Shown here in pieces: positions 19,896 to 28,896 of a DNA stretch of 64,000 nt; positions within the stretch are counted from its first letter, which is position 1; every line of letters starts with the position of its first letter. The stretch is from Candidatus Spongiisociaceae bacterium (GTDB lineage: Bacteria > Actinomycetota > Acidimicrobiia > Spongiisociales > Spongiisociaceae). The translations under genes were made by a program, and so were the position numbers. Under the pieces are notes generated by a model. It saw nothing but the letters and a program-made list of their open reading frames with translations, searched no databases and was not told the origin of the DNA. Location: assembly GCA_965262915.1 (NCBI GenBank), contig OZ253564.1, forward strand, positions 896,001 through 960,000, written 5' to 3'.

Positions 19896-21025
19896 CAGAG
19901 TACACAGCATTAGAGAGCGCTATCAACCTGGTGCACGTATCTAAGAGATATGGTGACAATCTTGCGGTGGACGGGTTCACTGCTGCCATGGCCCCGGGGG
20001 ACTTTGTTGTTCTCTTGGGACCGTCTGGTTGTGGGAAGTCAACCATACTCAAGATGATTGCCGGTCTCGAAGATGTGACCGAGGGCGAGATATATATTGC
20101 CGGAGAATTGGCAAACTATATTCCGCCAAAGAACCGTGACGTCGCGATGGTGTTCCAGAACTACGCTCTGTATCCGCATATGATGGTGTCGCGGAATCTG
20201 GCGTTCCCGCTGAAAATGCGAGGGGTAGACCAGGCCAGAATCCGAAAGAGAGTGGACGAGGTGTCTTCGCTACTTGAGTTGTCCTCTTTGCTCGATCGCT
20301 TTCCGGATGAACTCTCTGGCGGCGAGAGGCAGAGGGTCGCTCTAGGCCGGGCGATTATTCGGGATCCGGTCGCCTTCTTGATGGACGAGCCGCTATCAAA
20401 CCTTGACGCGCTACTGCGATTCCAGATGCGGGACGAACTGCTGAAACTTCATAAGCGGGTGGGGCGGACGACAATCTACGTCACTCACGATCAGATCGAG
20501 GCTATGGCCATGGCGGATTCCGTGATCGTGCTGAAGGACGGTCGGATTCAGCAAATCGGTAATCCCCAAGACGTGTACGACAGGCCGGCCAACACGTTCG
20601 TTGCAACCTTCATAGGCAGCCCACCGATGAATCTGCTGCGCGGCCGCACAGAGGTTGGTAGACACGGGTTGATGTTCACTTGGAGGGATCATCGCATTCC
20701 ACTGGACAATGGATCGATACCCGTTGCGCCCGAGTCCATCGTCGGCGTGCGTGCGGAGGATGCAGAGCTAACCCAGGACTCGGGCGATGGCGTGTTGAGG
20801 GGTGTCGTAGGCTTGGTAGAGCCCGTGGGCGCCGATAAATTCATACGTGTTGAGATAGATGTCGATGTGTACTGGTATGTTCGAGTTTCGTCTGTGACCG
20901 ATGTCAGGGAGGGTGAGGCTATAGGGGTGAGAATCTCAGCGGACAGGTACCACCTCTACGACCGTGAGGGTAACCTCTATAGCCGTGAGAGTGGTGCCGG
21001 AGTAACTACGCCGAGTGATAGTTGA
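19892..21025 (+). CDS. ABC ATP-binding protein (MalK/UgpC-like)
   Basis: GPSGCGKS, VFQNYALYPH, LSGGERQRVALGR, DEPLSNLD, HDQ.EAM; ATGA coupling. Confidence 0.95.
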   Translation: MTEYTALESAINLVHVSKRYGDNLAVDGFTAAMAPGDFVVLLGPSGCGKSTILKMIAGLEDVTEGEIYIAGELANYIPPKNRDVAMVFQNYALYPHMMVSRNLAFPLKMRGVDQARIRKRVDEVSSLLELSSLLDRFPDELSGGERQRVALGRAIIRDPVAFLMDEPLSNLDALLRFQMRDELLKLHKRVGRTTIYVTHDQIEAMAMADSVIVLKDGRIQQIGNPQDVYDRPANTFVATFIGSPPMNLLRGRTEVGRHGLMFTWRDHRIPLDNGSIPVAPESIVGVRAEDAELTQDSGDGVLRGVVGLVEPVGADKFIRVEIDVDVYWYVRVSSVTDVREGEAIGVRISADRYHLYDREGNLYSRESGAGVTTPSDS

Positions 21026-21055
21026 TGGGTCGGAGAGCCAGTCGGGAGGACGCGT

Positions 21056-22840
21056 TTGGTCAGTGCGCTAGGTGGAGGGTCGCTAATCCGTCGTAGCGAG
21101 TGGACCGCATCCGCCGGGATCAACGTGGACTATGACGCTGAAATGGTAACGCGAGACGGAACTATCTTGCTGGCCGACGTTTATCGGTCCAAGGAAAGCG
21201 ATCAGCCACGACCGGTCCTGCTGGTACGCACCCCTTACGACAAGACTCATGTACACATGGCAACCTACCTTCATCCCGCTTGGTATGCGAGAGAGGGGTT
21301 CATTGTCGTCATTCAGGATGTTCGAGGCCGCTTTGCATCGGAGGGAAGATTCGATCCCTTCCTGAACGAGGGTGAAGATGGATTCGATGCAGTTGAGTGG
21401 GCCGGGGCACTCGAGGGGTCAAATGGGCGTGTTGGGATGTATGGTGCCTCCTACGCTGGGGCTGTACAATTACTGGCGGCGGCCAAGCACCCTCCTCACC
21501 TCCACGCAATAGCTCCTGCGGTTACAAACGTCGATTTCCACAGTTGGATGTACGAATCGGGTGCCCTTAACCTAGGGTTTGCAGCCACTTGGAGCCTGTT
21601 CCTGGCGCACAACGGTGCAAACCGCCAGGGCGATTCAGAGGAGGCTAGGCGCCTCATCCGGCTCGCTGGAGGCTCTCCGGACTGGTTAATGCATGGTCCG
21701 CCCTCGGAATTAGCTGATATTCTCGGGCCCTACACCCCATTCTTCAAAGAGTGGATCAATCAATCTAGCCAGGGTCCAATTTGGGACCGACTAAGTGGTG
21801 ACGCTGTCCCCGAAACGACGCGAATCCCGACGCTCCACATCACCGGATGGTACGACATTTTCTTGTCCGGCGCACTACGCGCCTACCAAGGCCGTAGTGA
21901 CGCTGTCGATACAAGCCAGCGCCTGGTAATCGGACCTTGGGCACACTATCCGTGGGGTGATCAGTTTGGTACCGATTCGAATGGAACGAGACGAATCGAC
22001 TTGTTGCAGGTCGAGTTCTTCCGTCGGCATTTGTCGGACGGTGTTACGGAGCACGATTCGCCCGTGAACTACTACGTCCTCTTTGAAGGATGGCGTAGAA
22101 GCGATGATTGGCCACCAAGACCGTCGAGAGTCGGTCGGCTGTTCCTGCGAAGTCAAGGTTCAGCGAATACACGCTGGGGAGACGGACGCCTAGATCCAAT
22201 TTCACCGAGTGATCCCGAACCATGTGACATATATCAGTACTATTCTCCAACGCCTGTGCCGGCCGTTGGAGGGCATTCGTGTTGTGACCCGGGGATGGTA
22301 CCCATGGGCTGCGTTAACCAGTTGTCGGTGGAGCAGCTTCCGGACGTTCTCGTATATACGACGGCACCTTTTGCGCGTGACCTGATTGTGGCGGGACCGA
22401 TTGATCTCCAGCTCTACGTTGCAACCGACGCGGACTCAGCTGATTACTTCGCAAGGCTATGTTTGGTTAACGAGAAGGGCTCTTGGAATGTTGCAGAGGG
22501 CATCCGACGGCTTGATACCGAGGAACTTCAGGAGTCGCGCGCTGGTGATGGTGTTACGCCAGTGCTCATCTCCCTCCGTGATACTGCTGTGCAGGTAAGG
22601 AAAGGTGAGCAGCTACGGCTCCACATCACAGGGGGATCCTTTCCGATGTTTGATGTTAATCCACAGACAGGCGAGTCCCCGCTCACAACCCCACGATGGG
22701 AAGGTCGCGGTGCTCTACACGCTATTCTGCACGAACCACGTCACCCTTCCGTCCTGCAATTCCGTGAAGTTTGTGAAACGGATACGAGTCTTATCGAGGA
22801 AGGGCCATCCTCCGAAATATCGAACGCTATAGCCAACTAA
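21056..22840 (+). CDS. CocE/NonD family serine hydrolase
   Basis: RDG..L..D.Y, RTPY, QDVRGR..SEG, GASY nucleophile, GWYD, GPW.H; start uncertain. Confidence 0.92.
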   Translation: MVSALGGGSLIRRSEWTASAGINVDYDAEMVTRDGTILLADVYRSKESDQPRPVLLVRTPYDKTHVHMATYLHPAWYAREGFIVVIQDVRGRFASEGRFDPFLNEGEDGFDAVEWAGALEGSNGRVGMYGASYAGAVQLLAAAKHPPHLHAIAPAVTNVDFHSWMYESGALNLGFAATWSLFLAHNGANRQGDSEEARRLIRLAGGSPDWLMHGPPSELADILGPYTPFFKEWINQSSQGPIWDRLSGDAVPETTRIPTLHITGWYDIFLSGALRAYQGRSDAVDTSQRLVIGPWAHYPWGDQFGTDSNGTRRIDLLQVEFFRRHLSDGVTEHDSPVNYYVLFEGWRRSDDWPPRPSRVGRLFLRSQGSANTRWGDGRLDPISPSDPEPCDIYQYYSPTPVPAVGGHSCCDPGMVPMGCVNQLSVEQLPDVLVYTTAPFARDLIVAGPIDLQLYVATDADSADYFARLCLVNEKGSWNVAEGIRRLDTEELQESRAGDGVTPVLISLRDTAVQVRKGEQLRLHITGGSFPMFDVNPQTGESPLTTPRWEGRGALHAILHEPRHPSVLQFREVCETDTSLIEEGPSSEISNAIAN

Positions 22841-22843
22841 AGA

Positions 22844-24277
22844 GGCTCTTCGGAAATGAGTGGGGAGTCGGGGATCTGCCAGGGGGAGTGGTAATCCACC
22901 AGAAGTGATGGGGGGTCCTCCATAATCGGGTGCTGAGAAAAGACATCCGAGGCAGGAGGACCCCTGTGGAAGCTGATCCTACGCGCATGTGCGAGTTGTT
23001 GGTAGGCCTGGGCGACGTTGATCTGGTAGGGATCAACGACTCGGGCGAGGGTGCACCGCTTGGGGTGGTGATCCGTTCCCGCAAGCCCCGCCCGTTGTGT
23101 GAGTCCTGTGGCGGCCCGGTGTGGTCCAAGGGTCACAGAACGGTTGTGTTGGTGGATCTACCGGCGTTCGGCCGTCCGGTTCGGCTGCGGTGGCGGAAAC
23201 GCCGCTGGACGTGCCCGAACCCCGACTGTGAGATCAGATCGTTCATCGAACAAGACCCCACGATTGGTCCCCAACGGGCGTTGTTGACATCCCGAGCGGC
23301 CCGGTGGGTGACCATCCAGGTGGGTGGGCGGGGCCGTTCGGTCGACGAGGTCGCCGCAGAGCTGGGTTGTGATTGGCATACGGTTAACAACGAGGTCGTC
23401 CGCTGGGGCGAAGCCCTCCTGGGGGCCGACACCGATCGGATAGGCGAGGTCCAAGCTGTGGGCATCGACGAGACGCTGTTCTGGCGGAAAGGCCGGTGGC
23501 GCACCAAGGTTTGGTGCACCTCTGTCGTCGACGTGGGAGGCCACCAGCTGATCGACATAGTCCCTGGTAGAACGGCTGATAGCGCAGCTTCGTGGTTCCG
23601 ATCCCAACCCCCCGAGTGGCTCGACGGGATCCGCTGGGCGGTGTTGGACATGTCCGGTCCTTACCGGAAGGCGTATAACCGGGTGCTCCCGAACGCTCTC
23701 CAGGTAGCAGACCCCTTCCACGTCATCCGCCTCGCCAACCAGCGACTCGACGAAGTACGACGCCGCACCCAGAACGAAACCCTCGGGCATCGAGGCCGCA
23801 AGGATGACCCGCTGTATCGGATACGCCGCCTCCTCACCGCCGCCCACGAGAGGATCAGCGACCGCGGTCAAACACGGCTGCGTGGTCTTTTGGATGCCGG
23901 TGACCCCTACGGGGAGGTACGCACAGCCTGGCACGCGAAGGAAACGGTACGAGGCATCTACGGGATCGAAAGTCCGGTCCTTGCTCTCCGATACACCCTC
24001 CAGCTCGCAGACGACCTCCAACACGAATCCTGCCCACCCGAGATCAACAAGCTCGGTCGCACCATCGCCCGCTGGACCCCCCAGATCACCAACTGGCACA
24101 TCTCGAAGGTAACCAACGGACCCACCGAAGCCCTCAACAACCTCATAAAGCGGATCAAACGCATCGCGTTCGGGTTCCGCAACTTCGCGAACTACCGAAT
24201 CCGCGCCCTTCTCTACGCCGGGAAACCCAACTGGGACCTACTCGCCACCGTCACTCCCCACTGAAATCCGATGAGCC
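22844..24277 (+). mobile_element. Intact ISL3-family insertion sequence (1434 bp)
   Basis: Terminal IRs GGCTCTTCGGAAATGAGTGGGGAGT / GGCTCATCGGATTTCAGTGGGGAGT (21 of 25 match); 8-bp target duplication ACTAAAGA at 22836-22843 and 24278-24285. Confidence 0.95.
22966..24264 (+). CDS. ISL3 family transposase
   Basis: CxxCG zinc finger, GIDE, DMS..Y, D.FHV, TNG.TE.LN..IK.IKR..FGFRN; AGGAGG RBS before GTG. Confidence 0.96.
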   Translation: MEADPTRMCELLVGLGDVDLVGINDSGEGAPLGVVIRSRKPRPLCESCGGPVWSKGHRTVVLVDLPAFGRPVRLRWRKRRWTCPNPDCEIRSFIEQDPTIGPQRALLTSRAARWVTIQVGGRGRSVDEVAAELGCDWHTVNNEVVRWGEALLGADTDRIGEVQAVGIDETLFWRKGRWRTKVWCTSVVDVGGHQLIDIVPGRTADSAASWFRSQPPEWLDGIRWAVLDMSGPYRKAYNRVLPNALQVADPFHVIRLANQRLDEVRRRTQNETLGHRGRKDDPLYRIRRLLTAAHERISDRGQTRLRGLLDAGDPYGEVRTAWHAKETVRGIYGIESPVLALRYTLQLADDLQHESCPPEINKLGRTIARWTPQITNWHISKVTNGPTEALNNLIKRIKRIAFGFRNFANYRIRALLYAGKPNWDLLATVTPH

Positions 24278-24481
24278 ACTAAAGAAGATTGCCCTGCTGA
24301 TTCCGACCGCCGCTTGAGAGTCCAAGACGTGATCGTTTCTTAGCTCTGGCGTACCGGTACCGGCAACGATGCCACCGCTTCGAAGTATGTGTAGATCCAG
24401 CCGTCGGCATGACAAGTCCGTCGGTGTGGATGCCACGCCGGTTGCCGTCCAAATGGGTACAACCACCATTACTTGGAGGAG

Positions 24482-26707
24482 TCAGGAATCAGATGACGCA
24501 CTGATCGAGAATCTGTGGAGTACGTTCTCTGTGATTCGTGACACCGGTCCCTCGTAGTTCTCGACCTCCAAAGCCCCAAGCCAGCACATGGAACTTACAC
24601 TGAAGACAGCACCGCCATTCGGGTATTCCAGATAGACGATGTCTGCACGGATGGGTGGGCGTGTGTGACTCGATTGTGCCCAGTCAGAAGCCTGCAGGTC
24701 TTCAAGCGTCGTATGATACAGACCCGAAAAGCCGTCTGCCGTAGCGAGTATGACCGTATGTGAGGGTGTTCCCTTACGAAGATCCGCATGGTCGATCTCC
24801 CAACCGGCGGCTCCCCCCAAGAACCGTCCTGAGTCACCGAAGGTTGGTGACTCGACTCCGTCGCATATCCAAGCAACCCTAGGGTGATAGCTTGCCGCAG
24901 TCCGTCTGTAGGGTCGAGCAGGACCAGCTCCAAAGGCAGTAAAACCAGTGCCGACAATGCTAGCTGGGTTGTTTCCGTGGTATCTCCAAATGCCCCCAGG
25001 TTCTCCCGTTGTACTGTGTCCTGATTCTCCGGGATCTGCTTCCCACGGGCTGGATCCGTATTGACTTCGACGTACCTCCGATAGGCTTGGGTCGAACTCA
25101 GGGATAGAGGTGACCCAATAGAAGCCATTACCACCGAGGTAGATGAGGCGTCCTCCGTCCAGTAGGTATTCTTGAAGGGCCACCATCATCCGCCGCGTCC
25201 AGTATTCTGGATGGCTTCCTGTCACTATGGTGCGGAAGGGAGCCAGCGCACTAACACCTCGACCGTGCAGAATCTCGTCCGTGATGACCTCGTAGGAGTA
25301 TCCCTTCTCATCCAGCCACCGTAACCCACAGAGGTCTGAGCTGAATCCGTGGTAAGACTGCGTTAGGGGAAATACGTAACCGGGGCGCATGCTAAGGAGT
25401 GGCCGTCGTCGAGACGCATAACATACGCCGCTCCCGTCACTGTGTACCTCGTACTGACTCAGTAGCCCGAGTTTGAGCATCGTATGGTCTGCATCAGTTA
25501 GCAATGGTCGAATATCATCCCATCCACCAAACGTTTTGGCGAGCGATGGATTCTTAACCGCCTCGTGCGAATTGCCATAGGCGATATCGGTAAGCGTACT
25601 CGCCAGAAAGGCGACGTCGGCTCGTTCCTGCCCCGGGATCGGGCAAACCCAAAACGGGATGAAGTCTTCCTCCGATTCGCTGCGGAGATGCGCGGCATAG
25701 GCACCACTCTCCAAGTCTTTAGGGACCTTGAATGTGAAAGAGGGTGACCACCTGGCATCAGCAAGGTCATCGTCGTGAAAGTGGATCGCTCCATATTCCT
25801 CGGGTCTAGACGGCCAATGGGTAACTTCGCCTGACCAATCTCGACCTGTCATAGCTCGGGTCGGCATGTTCACCACCACGCCCGTATTACCATTTCCCGA
25901 AAGATCAACAACATCCCGGGACGATATGGCCTGTGAGAAGTCCCACGCTCCCACAGTGTTGTTTCTCCACCGGCGCCAGCCCTCTCGGTCACCTAAACCG
26001 ACAAGATCGATTTCTCGGAGCGCCAGATTGAGCAGTCGGGGATCCTCGATCTTCCCGTTGAACGACCAGCGCGTATGCCCTCTCCTATCTTGCGCTCCCC
26101 CGATAGTAAAGAAACCAGAGCCGACCGAATGATCGCCTATTCCGATGTTACATCTGTGACCTTCTGGGTAGTCGGGCCACGGACGCGGACGCATAGGGAG
26201 GCTCACAACCTCGGCATCGCCAGTGGTGTGGTCATAGGAACCAGCGATGAAAGTCCATTCTCGCTCACGAAGTCCAGCAGATGGAGTTGTGCTAGCGATT
26301 TCTCCCGTGCGTCCAACACGAAGTGTAGTTCCCGTGGAACTCACAAAGAGGCCAAATCCGGGCTCGTCTCCCCAGCATCCGAGAACCAGTTGCAGGTCCT
26401 TGCCGAGCCTGGTTGGATAGACCCACGCAGAGATAGAGAATGATCGCGGGCATAACGATCCGTGTTGCTGAGGGATGTGGATCCTTGAACCGAGACTCAG
26501 GGTTTGTTCCTCCGGCGGATATGACCCGAGGTTCGCTACGGCTTCTGCCGAGAATCCTTGTGATTCACTATCACTAGGTTCATGTTGAAGACGAACGATC
26601 GAGGCATCGAATGGATCCTGCGAGCTCACCATGAAGTCAAGAGCAGCACCTGGTACAGTTGAGAGTTCACTAGTATAACCAATAAGGCTCTTATACGCTA
26701 TTGTCAT
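24482..26707 (-). CDS. N,N-dimethylformamidase large (beta) subunit-like protein with LamG-like domain
   Basis: FNGKIE.P, P.RA.TG, YGAIHFHDDDL.DA.W, AYGN, S.Y..H.DG, HPEYW, YLGGNGFYW, G.E.D motifs. Confidence 0.88.
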   Translation of the reverse strand: MTIAYKSLIGYTSELSTVPGAALDFMVSSQDPFDASIVRLQHEPSDSESQGFSAEAVANLGSYPPEEQTLSLGSRIHIPQQHGSLCPRSFSISAWVYPTRLGKDLQLVLGCWGDEPGFGLFVSSTGTTLRVGRTGEIASTTPSAGLREREWTFIAGSYDHTTGDAEVVSLPMRPRPWPDYPEGHRCNIGIGDHSVGSGFFTIGGAQDRRGHTRWSFNGKIEDPRLLNLALREIDLVGLGDREGWRRWRNNTVGAWDFSQAISSRDVVDLSGNGNTGVVVNMPTRAMTGRDWSGEVTHWPSRPEEYGAIHFHDDDLADARWSPSFTFKVPKDLESGAYAAHLRSESEEDFIPFWVCPIPGQERADVAFLASTLTDIAYGNSHEAVKNPSLAKTFGGWDDIRPLLTDADHTMLKLGLLSQYEVHSDGSGVCYASRRRPLLSMRPGYVFPLTQSYHGFSSDLCGLRWLDEKGYSYEVITDEILHGRGVSALAPFRTIVTGSHPEYWTRRMMVALQEYLLDGGRLIYLGGNGFYWVTSIPEFDPSLSEVRRSQYGSSPWEADPGESGHSTTGEPGGIWRYHGNNPASIVGTGFTAFGAGPARPYRRTAASYHPRVAWICDGVESPTFGDSGRFLGGAAGWEIDHADLRKGTPSHTVILATADGFSGLYHTTLEDLQASDWAQSSHTRPPIRADIVYLEYPNGGAVFSVSSMCWLGALEVENYEGPVSRITENVLHRFSISASSDS

Positions 26708-26740
26708 TACTGGACCTGCCTCCGTGTGGTGACGCCATAC

Positions 26741-27799
26741 CTATTCCACCGCTCCTCGTGCGGCTATTGGCAGAATCGCCTGTATCAGCCCCGAACGATG
26801 GAGCGCAACAGTGTTGAATAGATTCACCACCGCATTCGCGTTGTTTGGAATGATTGTTATCGTCTCACCGAGTGAGGGCTTCGAAGCGCACATCGACACA
26901 TCTAGGTGTCCGTGCTCTTCTTCAAGCAGGAAGACGTGCGCGTTCGGATACTCAACGACGTAGCCAAACCGGTCATCAGAAAAGCCCTCCGGTGGCTCGG
27001 TTGTCAGTACCTTCGTTCCGGCATCTACGATTACACGATTCTTGGTCGGTGAACTAACAACCGTCGTTCTCACCCGAAGCGCGCAGGAATCAAGCTGACT
27101 TGTGTCTTTAATGATCGCTGATCGATCCCCATAGACGTAGGTACCGGCGCGGATCTCGCCGATCTCAGAGACATCATGAGTCTCATAAACGCCCGGTGTT
27201 CCCCCTCCGCAGGCGATGCCCCTTGACAATCCGATGCGGTCCAAGCCTTCGAACACCTCTCTGAACCACGGCCCGACGTGTGGACTCGTAGGGTATGTCA
27301 GCAACCCGGCAAACGAAAGGGCCGGTAGGCGGTGAACTGCATCTGCGAGCATAATCGCGGCTGCCGGTGTCTGTACTCCGGTTCGCTTCCAACCCGTATC
27401 GCAATCGACATAGAAATCGATCTGTGCACCATGTGTTTCTGCTGATTGAGAGATCGCACTCGCTACTTGGAACGAGTCCGCCGCTATCGAGAGGTTCACG
27501 AGCCTTGCCAAAGAAGCCACCCGCCTCGCTTTTCGAGTGCCGATCACAGGAAAGACGATCTGGATATCTTGAATGCCGGCCGCGCCCATGATCTCAGCCT
27601 CAGAGAGTTTCTGGCACGCGATGCCAACCGCACCGGCTCGGACCTGCATATGTGCAAGAAACGGAAGTTTGTGTGTCTTGATGTGAGGACGATTTCGGAG
27701 TCCATGTCGGTCGGCATATGACTGCAAGCGGCTGATGTTCGTCTCGACGGCATCCAAATCAACTGTCAACAGTGGTGTGTCGAGGTCGTCGATGGTCAA
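26741..27799 (-). CDS. D-threonine aldolase/D-serine dehydratase-like PLP enzyme (alanine racemase fold)
   Basis: LDTP.L..DLD, RPHIKTHK (PLP Lys), RTGV, GGGTP, E.RAGTY, DAG.K, EEHG; TTG start at 27799 after AGGAAGGA. Confidence 0.88.
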   Translation of the reverse strand: MTIDDLDTPLLTVDLDAVETNISRLQSYADRHGLRNRPHIKTHKLPFLAHMQVRAGAVGIACQKLSEAEIMGAAGIQDIQIVFPVIGTRKARRVASLARLVNLSIAADSFQVASAISQSAETHGAQIDFYVDCDTGWKRTGVQTPAAAIMLADAVHRLPALSFAGLLTYPTSPHVGPWFREVFEGLDRIGLSRGIACGGGTPGVYETHDVSEIGEIRAGTYVYGDRSAIIKDTSQLDSCALRVRTTVVSSPTKNRVIVDAGTKVLTTEPPEGFSDDRFGYVVEYPNAHVFLLEEEHGHLDVSMCASKPSLGETITIIPNNANAVVNLFNTVALHRSGLIQAILPIAARGAVE

Positions 27800-27813
27800 G
27801 TGGATGTCCTTCC

Positions 27814-28400
27814 TGAACCGCGCCTTGGGTTTAGCGGAGACCGGTTTGTTTGTGTACAGTTCGCCGAACTGGGTTCTGTTGACTGTAGCATTTGGCTTCT
27901 CTTTCGGTGTGTGGGATGTTCCCGATCGATTCGAGGGAGTCTTCGGTTGTTGAGCCAGTGGACAAATCCGAGGGTGGAGTAGTCGAGATGATGGAGATCC
28001 CCCACGGCGGGCCTTTCTCTCGGACGAGCTTGATCTTGTACGCTCCGATGATCGCTTCGGTGAGGGGGTTATCGTAAGAATCGCCGACTGGTCTGACCGT
28101 ACGTTCGATGCGGGCCTGGGTGGCTGTACTCTGCCTGGGCTACATACGCAGACGCTCCGCAGGATCTCTTTGGCCCGGCGGAACTCACGAACGTCCCGGT
28201 GCAACTTTGTGAGTTCCACCACCTGCTCTTACGGCAATCCCGACCGCAGACCCTGATCGCGTCTCCGACTTCCGCACCCATTTGGGTAACGTCGCTGACG
28301 AACACTCCACGATTGTCGCCGTTGGTCGAACAGATGGTCGCCCACTCCGAGCAGTGCTCGCCCCGCTGCACGGATACCAGACGCACGGCTCGCTCCCGAA
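27814..28400 (-). mobile_element. Degenerate, internally deleted IS3-family element
   Basis: IR TGAACCGCGCCTTGGGTTTAGCGGAGAC at 27814; frameshifted OrfB pieces (GDSYDNPLTEAIIGAYK, FVHWLNNRRL) and an OrfA piece (ELTKLHRDVREFRRAKEILR); distal end approximate. Confidence 0.8.
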
Positions 28401-28506
28401 CCTCCCGTGTGGCCTTACGTTCTCAGTGGCACCAGCCTTGTTTGCGTATCATTCCTCCCCATGTTCGAGTATCATTCGATACACGCTGTTCGAGAGCCGT
28501 ATTGAA

Positions 28507-28896
28507 GTGAAACCCGAGTACTTGAACCCCGACACTCTGGCACCGCCGGCGGCACCCTTCACCTATGTGGTCAAGTGTGGAAGCGTGGTCTATCTATCCG
28601 GTCATGTTGCCTTCGACGAGAACAACAAAGTGGTCGGTCCTGGAGATCCTCGACGCCAGGCGGAACAATGCTGGGACAATATCGAACTTGCCGTAGAAGG
28701 CGCTGGTGGCACACTCGCGAACGTCGTGAAGATTCAGGTGTTTCTCAAAGATATTCGATTTGCGGAGGCCGAACAAGCAGTAAGAGTTGAGAGGTTCCAG
28801 GGAATGCGGCTCCCGGCGTGCACTCTTGTGGAAGTGTCGAATCTCGGGATGCCTGAGCTGCTCATGGAGATCGATACTGTTGCCGTCCTCGACTGA
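28507..28896 (+). CDS. Rid (YjgF/YER057c/UK114) family protein
   Basis: YLSG, Q..Q...NI...VE.AG..L..VVK, EID..A; PAC instead of PAR at the catalytic Arg position. Confidence 0.88.
   Translation: MKPEYLNPDTLAPPAAPFTYVVKCGSVVYLSGHVAFDENNKVVGPGDPRRQAEQCWDNIELAVEGAGGTLANVVKIQVFLKDIRFAEAEQAVRVERFQGMRLPACTLVEVSNLGMPELLMEIDTVAVLD

Noticed and set aside
27800-28222. 141-aa N-terminal extension of the D-TA-like ORF
   Set aside because: Read-through across the IS3 remnant; a TTG with an RBS at 27799 matches the family start.
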